64,000 nucleotides of DNA. Origin: Octopus sinensis (lineage: Eukaryota). The notes beneath the pieces were generated by a model. That model was not told the origin of the DNA and did not search any database. It saw only the letters and a list, made by a program, of their open reading frames with translations. The stretch spans positions 145,204,001 through 145,268,000 of the forward strand of contig NC_042997.1 of NCBI RefSeq assembly GCF_006345805.1, written 5' to 3'. A program made the translations under genes and the position numbers. Every line of letters starts with the position of its first letter. The first letter of the stretch is position 1. This document shows positions 53,213 to 64,000 of the stretch, piece by piece.

Positions 53213-53458
53213 ATTATTTACATTTGACAGATATTTGTCCTCATCTTGTTTGTTGTTAACAAAACTTTTCGGCTGATATACTCTCCAGCCTTCATCAAGT
53301 GTCTTGGGGAAATTTCAAACCCAGGTTTGAAATTAGGAATGAGAACCAAGGTTTGAAATTACTCCAAGACAACTGATGAAGGCAGGAGAGTATATCAGTT
53401 GAAACGTTGTGTTAACAACAAACAAGATGAGAACAAATATCTGTCAAATGTAAATAAT
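53213..53458. mobile_element. Inverted pair of Penelope-type terminal repeats carrying degenerate minimal hammerhead motifs
   Basis: ~110-bp arms (53213-53323 and 53348-53458) are reverse complements; each carries (c/t)tgatga-a-stemII-gaaa. Confidence 0.65.
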
Positions 53459-54976
53459 GTACATAATTCCTCATCTCTCAAATATAGAACTGGTTTACAA
53501 GTTGTTACAAGGCATAGTAGATCTAGAAAGGTCCAGACCATTACAAACTTGCAAGAAAAAAAAAAAGGGATAAAGATCCTTTCCAAGACTCATAGGGCTA
53601 GTTCTCCAGTTTCTTGGAGGGGATGCCAGTCAGTCACAGAGTTACTCATTTTTGACAGTTGAGTGAAATGGAGCAATATGAAATGAAGGGTCTCACTCAA
53701 GAATGCAATGCATTGCCTGGTCCAGGAATCAAAACCAAAATCTTATGATCACGAGTCCAACACCCCTAACCATTAAGCCACATGCCTTCACTAACTTGCG
53801 AGGACTACTTGGAAATTAATAAGTTTTTCTTCGTTCTGATTTAGCTTTTGTGTGGGTTGATTCCCACAACATGGTTTTATTTCATTTCTGCTTTCACTAA
53901 CTCGAGCAAATCCTGTTGCGGTTATAATACAGAGTGATCAGAATGAGTGTAAGAAATACAAATGGTGAGCTACTTTCTCATGATCGATAAATGAAAATAG
54001 ATACGGCCTCACACAATGAAACTAATTATTGTACTTGAATAACAGCTGAGCACAGATACAAATGACTGTGTGTGTCCAATTGTAAACATATGTCAACAAC
54101 CCATGCATGCATTTTCAGAAACACTCAACACTTGTTTGCATGGGAAAACATATGCAAATATCTTTTTTTGTCTTCCTTTTCTGATAACAAGGGAACTGTG
54201 CCAATTTTTATTGTGAAATTTTGTATTAATTCAAAAGCTAAATCGGTGAGTTCTGATGATAAATAAGGTTAATTTGGTTTATATATGACCAGACTACTTC
54301 AATCCTTTACAGTTAGTTTTTTTTCTTTTTTTATCTAAATGACAGAGAAAGAGATTCTGAACAAAAAATATAGAGAGAGGTACAAGTGTGATTGCGTGGT
54401 AAGAAGGTTGCTTCCCAACCACATGGTTCTGGGTTCAGTCCCATTGTGTGGCACTTTAGGTAAGTGTTTTCTATAGCCCCAAGTTGACCAATGCCTTGTA
54501 AGTAGATTTGGAAAACTGAAACTGTGTGAAAGTCCATTGTGTGTGTGTATGTGTGTGTGTGTGTGTGTGTGCATGCACGCACATATCTATATGTGTGTGT
54601 GTGTGTGTATGCAAACACATTATGTGTGTGTGTGTTATCATCCCCTTGCTATAACTCCACACACATGGTAGCTGAAAACAATTATCACCACCATGTAAGT
54701 AATGTCCTTTGATTCCTATCTTTTGCAAAAATGTATCTGGTCATGGGAAAATATTACCTTACTAGCAAACAAGAAGGGGTTGTGACAGGAAGGGCATCCC
54801 AGCCATAGAAAAAACCCCCACCTCAACAAATTCTGCCCCAACCATGCAAGAATAGAAAAGTGGATGTTAAAATGATGATGATGATAGAAGTATGTTATAC
54901 CGTTTGCTAACAAAATAACACAAAACTGCAAAGACATTTGGAAATACTTTGCATTTTTTTTTCTCATGCTGTCTTT

Positions 54977-55575
54977 TAACTCTTTAGCATTTAGATTTCT
55001 ATGTCAAATGTATTGCTTATTCATCCACATTGATTGAAATCGATCAACATCAATGGAAATTGCAGCTGTGATACCAGTGCCGATGGTACGTAACAGAACC
55101 ATCCGAACGTGGCTGTTGCCAGCGCCGCCCCGACTGACCTCGTGCCGGTGGCACGTAAAAAGCACCATCCGATCGTGGCCGTTTGCCAGCCTCGCCTGGC
55201 ACCTGTGCCGGTGGCACATAAAAAGCACCCACTGCACTCATGGAGTGGTTGGCGTTAGGAAGGGCATCCAGCCGTAGAAACATTGCCAGATCAGACTGGG
55301 CCTGGTGCAGCCTTCTGGCTTCCCAGACCCCAGTTGAACCGTCCAACCCATGCTAGCATGGAAAGCGGACGCTAAACGATGATGATGATGATGATGATGA
55401 TTGTTTTGAATTAATCACACATTATCTTGTAGCTTCAAGATTTTAAATTGTGTATTTGTATATTTTAAGAATGACATTGTAGGGTAGGTGTCAGAGGTTG
55501 GATCTGGTCAGTTTCAACGTAAAACAGGTTGAATATTTGGGCCTCTCATGGCCAGATTAAATGCTAACGGGTTAA
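54977..55575. mobile_element. TTAA-type MITE interrupted by a young RTE 3'-end copy (55032-55400, +)
   Basis: ttaa-ctctttagcat ... atgctaacggg-ttaa; the insert ends in ccatgctagcatggaaagcggacgctaaac(gat)n. Confidence 0.8.
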
Positions 55576-58318
55576 CTGAATATTAGTTATATTGTGCTTG
55601 ATTGTAAACTCGACATAAGAAGAGGAGTTAAAATTAATGTAAAAATAATTGGCTATTCATTTAACATAAAAAAAACAATATTGTTAAAAAAATAATAGGG
55701 CTCTGTTATGTTAAGCCCTTTGCTCCTTATGGAACGTAGGCCAGGCCACCATTAACTTTTCTCCACTCCTCTCTAAGGTTTGTGGGTTTTGAATTGTAAT
55801 TGACACTTTTTTAACTTGGCTTTTTTTTCTATGTTGGAGTGTTGACCATAAGCAAAGTTTTAACCTCTGAGAAGCAGTGGTCAATATAAGTTTGACCTCT
55901 GTCCTTTGACCTGTCAATATTGAAGGCTTTAATAGGAGCATGTGCTCTGCTGGCATAGCTCTCAGGGTTACTAAGGTACACAAGTCTCTACATCACAAAG
56001 ACTGAACCATGTGGTGGTAACAGGACTCTATGTAGTACAAAATATCGATATTTATGCAAAAAAAAAATTTGTTCAACAAAAACCATTCTAAATTATGCTG
56101 ACCAAAACAAAAAAAAAAAAATGTTTACATCACAAATTCTGCTGATCCCTTGATTTTTCTGGCAATAATTCTTTCCTTTATGCTCACAAAATTTTAATAA
56201 AAAAAAAAAATTCATCATTTAAAGGAAGGAGGGAAAAAATCATTGCTAATGACCTTTTACATTGCTTCTGAAACTGGTTGGAAGAAGTGAGGAGGTTATT
56301 TTCAGATGAAAAGCCATACTCCAAACATGACCTCTACACCTCAACAGTGAACCATGACTATGGCATCTGCACTATCGGTGGCCAACTGTCAGATGTGGTC
56401 AGCATTTATGAGGCACGTGGTTAACTCACTGGTCAGAGCCAGTTCAACCTACCCACAGTGAATACCACCACAAGTCAAAGTTCAAGTACAGACCTGAATG
56501 CTGACAACAAAAGGGAGTCCACAGAAGGTTCCCAACAACCATGTGGCTATTTTAAGATGGTCAATGGATTAACTCTACTAGTTACCTCTCCCACAAAAAG
56601 AAAACAAAATAAAAATGCATCCCCCACCTCTAATGAACTTTTACATAATCTCTGTCTACCAAAATTTCATTCACAAAATGCTGCACGGTAGGATTGAAAT
56701 CTAAATTGCATGGTGGCAGGGCAACCTCCTTAACCACACATCTATGACTACTAACTACCATGGAAACACATTGTGATAAGAGTGAAAATTAGAAGCTTGC
56801 ATCTGGTTTTCAGAGTTTAAAGTTTAGATTACTAGAGCAGTGAAAATATAAAAAAATAAAAGTAATAAATAAATACAATAAAAAAAACTTAGTCTTTTTG
56901 AAGAGAAATATTTTCACAAAGCTAAACTTAAGCAAAAGCAGAAAACAGATTTTTTTGGTTTACTTTTCAAAATTGACGAGTGGGGTGGGTTAAAGTTGAA
57001 AAACTTTTTTTTTGTTGTTTTTGTCTCGTATCTACCAATACTCACCACTTTTGCTGTGTTTTGATTATGCTATTATTATTATTATTATTATTTTACTTTT
57101 TCATGCTCTGCATTTTGCAACTAGCTCAGAAGCCAAATAAATAAACTCACATTTTCCTTTTATGAGCCTATGGCAATAACCCAGTAATGTCTGTTGCGAT
57201 ATCATTGAACATAGGTTATATAAGTTGTTGATGTCACCTCTGGCTTCCTGATTGCACATGCTTAAGAGGTCAATATCCTTTAGGCTTTTTTACTTTTATA
57301 TTCTCGTAGGCTAACTCATACATCTAGTTTAGAGCAATTAAACTAATTCACATTTATTTATAAACCAATGTGACTAAATAAAACCATTAAACTGGATATG
57401 AAGACGAAAATATTCATAGTTTAAGGAAGTTTGGTGACCTAGTTCATAACATTTTGTGATTAGCAAATCATCATCATCGTCTATTTTCCCAAGTTTGAAG
57501 TGACTATTTTTAAGTGAGACAGCGTTTTACAGCTGGATGAACTTCTCAATGCCCTTTTAGTTATCTCTTACAAGATGCTGAGATAAACCCGAATGATACT
57601 TATATTTACAAAGGAAATAATGCTCAATGTATTCTACAAACTGTAAACACATATTGTGTTGTACAAAAAAAAAAATACATACCTAGTTTTCTTCTTTGGA
57701 GTTCAAATGGGAAAGAAAGGGTGGGGAGCAGGAAATCTGAACAATTAACTCAGTATCATCATCAATATCATTTTACATCCCATTTCTATGGTGGCATGAG
57801 TTAGATGGGTCATCAGTCTGAATCAGCTTTTACTCTTCTAGACAGGCCAGAAGATCATGTTTTGGTCATTGATTTTATATTTGGCAGTTTCTATAGCTGG
57901 ATGCCCTTCCTATAACCAACCACTTTACAGAATGAACTTAAATATTTCCAATTACCAATTCAAAATCATCATTTTCTAACATTCATATTTCATGCTGGCA
58001 TGGTTTCAATGGCTGGATAGACTTCCTGGTGCCAACCACTTTATTTCAGTGAAACCTGTCAGTGCTGGTGCCACATGAAAAGCACTGTAAAAGGCACTGG
58101 TGCTGGTTCCATGTAAAAAGCACCTGGTATATTTTGTAAATTGGCTGGTTTTAGGAAGGGCATCCAGCTGTAGAAACCATGCCAAAAACAGACAAATGGG
58201 ACCTAGTGCAACACTTGGCCTTACCAACTCCTGTTAAAACCCATGCCAGCCTGGAAAATAGATGTAAACTGATGATGATGATCTGTATTCTCAGTATCCA
58301 AAAAGAATTTAGTTATCA

Positions 58319-58708
58319 TCTATATATATAAAGCTGAAGTTGTCTGTGTGTGTGTGTGTGGCAGGTTTGGTAGCCTTCAACTAACACTATCTCTTCCAAG
58401 ACTCTGCGGCGCAAGTTGACCAAAATTGAGAGTATGACAGAAGAAGGCTTGCTCTTCATTTCGTAGAAGAAAAAATTCAAATCGGACCATGTTAAATTAT
58501 TTAAATCAAAAAGGTGCTATTTTTCTATGAAATTCCCTATTTTTTACGATTTTTTGACTGCTGTGTTGCCATTTTTCAGTGTATTTCAACCAGAAAAATG
58601 TTCACTTAAAGAGAATAACAAGCTACATAATGCAAAATTTTTACTTTTCAAAAATTCCAATTCTAAAGGGTCAAAACAAACCCGAGCAACGCCGGGCGAT
58701 ACTGCTAG
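58319..58708 (+). mobile_element. Non-autonomous Helitron
   Basis: A|TCTATATATATAAAG 5' end; cccgagcaacgccggg hairpin 8 nt upstream of CTAG|T. Confidence 0.88.
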
Positions 58709-59799
58709 TTTAATTATAAAACAAGTAATCAACAAATGCTTTGCATCAACCATGATTTTAAATAGGAATAAGGAGAGAGCTCTTGATTTTTCTTCCTAGA
58801 CTGATGAGATTGATGCAGTGGTTGGTTAGCCTGAACCACTGTAGATCAATGTCTGCAACAGCAACAGTAAATTGGGTGGAGCTGCAACTGTTTAAAGCAG
58901 CCAAGGACCAGGTGGTGGTGTCAAAATGGGTAACATGTTTAGTTTGTCTTAATCTGATGTTAGCTAACTTGATACATCACTCCTGTTAACTGTATTTCTC
59001 TCTCCCAGTTTATCTTTCATCATTACTTTTAATTAAGAATAAAAACATTTCTGAGTTGAAGAGGAAACCAGTGGTGTAGTGTGTTTGTCTCAAATATATC
59101 CTCAAAGACAGGAAATGGTTCCAAGCACATGCATTACATTAAAGTAGCTTCATTTGCAAAACACTGCAGAAACACACACACACACCGCAAACCAAAAGCA
59201 AAAAAAAGACAGCTAAAAATAAGTCATTTTCGTTGTTTCAAACAACATATGTTTAGAAGTGGCAGTCACTTTCACATTGTACATCAACAAATTAATGCAT
59301 TTCATGTTTTCGAATAAGAAAACAAATTTGTTATTTGTTCATTAATGGGTCAGGCAAGTGTATTGCACTTGCAACATTACAATATCTGGCATTTTTTTTT
59401 TTTTTCTTTTCATATTTTTAAGTTCAAAGAATTTGGGAACCATTCTTATAATAAGCACTTGAGTACTGCCATATGTGTGTGTGTTTTGGTAATGTATATC
59501 ATTGGTGAAAGATGTAAATGACAATAAGAGGACCGATAAACCATGTCACTTTTACCACTATGAATGCAACAAATCAATGTTTGGTCAACTGTGAAGCTAT
59601 ATGCTACAATGCTCTTGTGTACAAAAAGTAATATGATATATAAAGTGGTTACTCACAATCTTGGTGAAAATTAAATAAACACTACACACACACACGGCAT
59701 TTCTATTGCTTATTATAAACATATGTGCGTGCATACACACACACATTGTATTTTATTATATAATCCTTAATTATCTATATTTAATTTAGCATCCAAAAT

Positions 59800-60200
59800 T
59801 AGGTGCAGGCATGGCTGTGTGGTTAAGAAGTCTGTTTCACAACCACACTGTTTCAGATTCAGTCTGAGTGTAGAACACCTTGAAAGAAGGCAGTGAGATG
59901 GCAGAAACGTTAGCACGCCGGGCGAAGTGCTTAGCGGCATTCAGTCTGCCGCTACGTTCTGAGTTCAAATTCTGCCGAAGTTGACTTTGCCTTTCATCCT
60001 TTCGGGGTCGATTAAATAAGTACCAGTTACGCACTGGAGTCGATATAATCGACTTAATCCGTTTGTCTGTCCTCTCTGTGTTTAGCCCCTTGTGGGTAGT
60101 AAAAAGAGGAGAATGTTTTCTACTATAGCCCAGGGCAGCCCAATGCCTTGTGAGTGAATTTGGTAAATGGGAACAATAGGAAGCACATTGTGGGGAAGTA
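59800..60200 (+). mobile_element. Family C SINE split by a family A SINE (59888-60103)
   Basis: The family C head stops at cacctt and resumes at tgttttctactatagccc after the family A copy. Confidence 0.75.
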
Positions 60201-60526
60201 TATTCACATTTGTATGTGAGTGTGTGTACGCATCTGCATGAATGAGCATTAATGTTGATATTCCACAAATTTGCAAGAACAGGAAGAGCATCCTTCCATG
60301 CATTACTGCCTCAATAAACTTTGCCCAATCCATGCTAGCATGGAGGGGAGGGGAAGAGGATATAGGCACGAGCGGGGCTGTGTGCTAAGAAGCTTGCATC
60401 CCAGCCACATGGTTCTGGGTTCAGGCCCTTTGTGTCTTCTACAATAGCCTCAAGCCAACCAAAGCCTTGTGAGTGGGACTTGATAGATGGAAACTGAAAG
60501 AAGCCACTTGTATGTATGTATATGTA

Positions 60527-60588
<62 letters not shown>

Positions 60589-60597
60589 TATATATAT

Positions 60598-60881
60598 CAT
60601 AGCTGTAGCCAGTGATCCCTGACTGGCTCCCATGCCAGTGGCACAAAAAAAGCACCATCTGAACGTGGTCAATACCAGATCTGCCTGACTGGCTCCTGTG
60701 CCAGTGGCATGTAAAAAGCACCCGCTACACTCTCGGAGTGGTTGGCGCTAGGAAGGGCATCTAGATGTAGAAACTTTGCTAGATAAGATTGGAGCCTGGT
60801 GCAGCCACTGGCTCTCCAGGCCTCAGTCAAACCATCCAACCCATGCCAGCATGGAAAACGGCCGTTAAACAATGATGATGA
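60598..60881 (+). mobile_element. RTE 3'-end copy
   Basis: gccagtggca..aaaaagcacc subrepeats, conserved terminus and gatgatgat tail. Confidence 0.8.
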
Positions 60882-60959
60882 TATATATATGTGCGTGTGT
60901 CTTTATATCTGTGTTGTCCCTACCACCACCACTTTACAACCAGCACTGGTGTGTTTACA

Positions 60960-61230
60960 ACTCCTACTCCAGAGCGTCGGCTGCGGGGTCACTCCGAAAA
61001 GCTCTATCTGCAACGGTTTCATCTCAAACGAAGGAGAGGGGCTTTCTCCGTCCGGGTTGCGGGTCCGTGGAATAAGCTGCCGGACGAGATAGTGAAGATG
61101 CCGACGACCACTCGGTTCAAAGTCTCCCTTGACCTCTTTACATGATCACCACCCTGTACATAACTCCATGTCCCCCTACATGGCCTTGCTTTTTGCTTTT
61201 TGAACCAAAAAATTAACTAACTAACTAACT
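60960..61230 (+). mobile_element. 5'-truncated CR1 LINE 3' end with (TAAC)n tail
   Basis: Translates RRLRGHSEKLYLQRFHLKRRRGAFSVRVAGPWNKLPDEIVKMPTTTRFKVSLD, the classic CR1 ORF2 C-terminus. CpG-rich; tail taactaactaactaact. Confidence 0.85.
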
Positions 61231-62158
61231 ATCCCTGTAACTTAGCAGTTTGGCAAAAGTGACTGATAGAAAAGTACCATGCTTTAAAGAAAATAATAAA
61301 AAATAAGTATTGGGATCGATTCAATCAACTAAAAATTCTTCAAGATGATGCCCTAGCATGGCCACAGTCTAATGACTGAAACAAGTAAAAGATAAAAGAT
61401 AATAATAATGATAATATATAAACTATTCAAAAGCCAATAATCCTGCAACAACCACCAGGTATTATAATTCCTTGCAGACAGACGTTAATCAAACCTGAAG
61501 AATCCTTTGATCTCATTTATGCTTTCAATTTTCTTCTTTTTTTTTTTCCCCTTAAAGGAGTTTAATACGTGAAGCATCAAGAATTATTATTATAAGCTGT
61601 AAGTGTTAGAGGGTTAAAGTTGTTTAGAGTCCTTTCTAATCATGTCTAGCAATCAAATAAAATCATTAAAATGTATAATTAATTAAGAAATAGTGGGTTT
61701 CCCAGCAGCAAAGGTGTATAATATACTGGTTTGAAAAATGTGAATGGATAAAAAGCAAAAAGAAAACAATACACAACATGTTGGCTGAGTAATTAAGACG
61801 GTGCAAGAGTGATCAGTAATCACATCAAAAGTTGTTGAAGGTATTAGAGTATGTCTTCAGGCAAGACATTTCTCTATTGTCTTAGTTTAAAATATGATTC
61901 TGCTCACACACCACAGTTGATTGGTTTAGTATAATTAGAAAAGAAAAAAAAAAAAAAGATAATAATAAAACAGTGCTTTGAAAAATGTTGCAGACTCATT
62001 CACTCAATGAATGCCAGACAGTGAAATAAGATTGGGAAAACAGTTTTGTAAAAAAAAAAAAAATAAATAAGTAAATAAATAAAAATAAGAAGGAAAAAAA
62101 AAGAAGCTGAAAGCTGAATTATATGTTCACAATCAACCTAGCATTTTAAAGATAGGCA

Positions 62159-62367
62159 TTAACCCATTAGCATTCAGACTACTATATCAAATGAAATGCT
62201 TATCTATTCATGTTTTTTTTGAGTTAATCATGCATTATCTCATAGATTCAAAATTTCAATGATGCAATTGTTTATTTTTAGAATGACATTATAAGATAGG
62301 TGTAAGGGGCTAGCAACAAGTAGAATATTAGGGCTTGATATGGCCAGTTTACATGCTGAAAGGGTTA
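62159..62367. mobile_element. TTAA-type (piggyBac-like) MITE, uninterrupted copy
   Basis: TTAA-cccattagcattc ... atgctgaaaggg-TTAA. Confidence 0.8.
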
Positions 62368-63200
62368 AAATATACACACATTTTACCTCTTACTTTTTTC
62401 AGTCATTTGACTGCCCAGGTTGGAGCATGGCCTTGAAGGGTTTTAGTCAAAACAAATCGACCCCAGGACTAATTTTAAAGCTTAGTACTTATTCTATTGG
62501 TCTCCTTTGCTGAACTGTTAAGTTACGGGGACATAAACACACCAGCACCAGACACACAGATATATCTATACATACATACGGGTGTGTGTGTGTATGACTC
62601 ACAAGGCTTTGGCTTGCCTGAGGCTATAGTAAAAGACACTTGACCAAGGTGCCATGCAGTGGGACTGAACCTGGAACGATGTGGTTAAGAAGCAAGCTTC
62701 TTATCACACAGCCACGCCTGAATAATTATCTCCAGATGACACAGACTCCTAAAAATGATGATTAACTCTTTAAAACAGAGGAGAGACGAATTTCCTCTTG
62801 GAAAGGATACAAGTCTACCATCAACAGCATTCCTAGAATATCTGTTTCTTTATAGCAAAGTAAACTGAGATATAAAGTTGTCTTGATAACAGACTCAACA
62901 AAACATCTAAGGAGGATCTGATCTCATGGTTTATGAATTGGGAGCACAACAAAGCTTTGTTTATTTTTGCCTCTACTTCAACATCTGCTTGAATCTTCAG
63001 TGCATCTATCCTTGTTTATTACAGATTCATTTATCACTAATCCTTGTAAACATCGCACACACAATTGTGAGCTGTGCTATTCTTATCACAAATTGATCTG
63101 TGGTAACACATGTTAGTGATTAGTGAACAGTTTTACTTGGACAGCAGAAGCATGCCACACTAGCCATCCATAATGCTAAGGATAACTCAGGAACTTGGAA

Positions 63201-63500
63201 TCATCATCATCATCATCATCATCATTTTACATCCGTTTTCCATGTTAGCATGGGTTGGACGGTTCAACCAGGGTCTGGTAAGCCATGGAGGCTGCACCAG
63301 GCTCTAGTCTGATTTGGCAGTGTTTCTACAGCTGGATGCCCTTCCTAACGCCAACCACTCTGTGAGTATAGTGGGCATTTTTTACATGTCACTGGCACAG
63401 GGGCCAGAACAGGCTGGCAAACGGCCACGATCAGTTGGTGCTTTTATGTGTCACCAACACGGACGCCAGTCAGGCGGCACTGGCATCTGCCATGTTCGAA
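63201..63500 (-). mobile_element. RTE 3'-end copy with (GAT)n tail
   Basis: Closely matches 3123-3400. Confidence 0.82.
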
Positions 63501-64000
63501 ACCTATTTTCCATACGTTCTATTATTCCTTTATCACTGATTCTTTTGACACAGTATCTTTTTTTTGGTGGGTGGGGACCAGACACCCATAATAAACAAGG
63601 ATATATTAGTTTTGCAGTGTTAGGCTGTTGAAAGACGAAGCCTTACTTCTGGATATTACAGACAAGTAAATGAATTGAAAATTGCTGTTGTTTAGCCCTA
63701 GGTCAATTCTGAGCAAGCAGAAGATCTAATCAATGATCAATAAGAAGAATCTACCCAGAGACAAATACTTTGGGCAGACCTTCTCTCTCCCCACCAATCT
63801 TGGAGGCCCTACTGAAGAATCATAGACATTACCTTTCCCCTTGACAAAAAAAAAATTGATAGTATAACTTAGTTATTTCATGTCAACATGATTAACAAGT
63901 TTCCATTTGTTAATAGGGAGGCAGGGATGTTCTGAGTTCAGATAACCAAGGTCAACTTTGCCTTTCGTCCTTTCAAAGGTCAAAAAAAGGAGTTGGTCTT

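Noticed and set aside
60307-60341. Alternative TIGAR exon 1 (MLAWIGQSLLR-H with gtaatg donor)
   Set aside because: Lies within a ccatgctagcatgg RTE-tail-derived repeat and does not resemble the hydrophobic strand before RHG.

Overview
AT-rich, repeat-dense eukaryotic genomic DNA. The SINE families, RTE/(GAT)n elements and huge (TA)n arrays suggest an octopus/cephalopod genome (inference). Only one host gene is supported: a minus-strand TIGAR-like histidine phosphatase. Four coding exons are resolved by splice sites (47242-47279, 34014-34210, 26070-26180, 21503-23209); exon 1 with the catalytic RH is not confidently located and probably lies beyond the window. The last exon inserts about 400 aa of low-complexity sequence inside the phosphatase fold. 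The rest is mobile DNA: a near full-length RTE-clade LINE (3123-~7100, minus) with a PHD-type finger inside the RT region, frameshifts that look like sequencing errors and a possible sense-strand intron that would supply its start codon; many RTE 3'-end copies; three tRNA-like SINE families; CR1, CR1/L2-like and HERO-like LINE remnants; mariner, hAT and piggyBac-type MITEs; two non-autonomous Helitrons; Penelope-type hammerhead-like motifs; and a 6.6-kb (TA/CA)n array. Most ORFs in the supplied track are repeat artefacts. Repeat boundaries are approximate unless termini are quoted.
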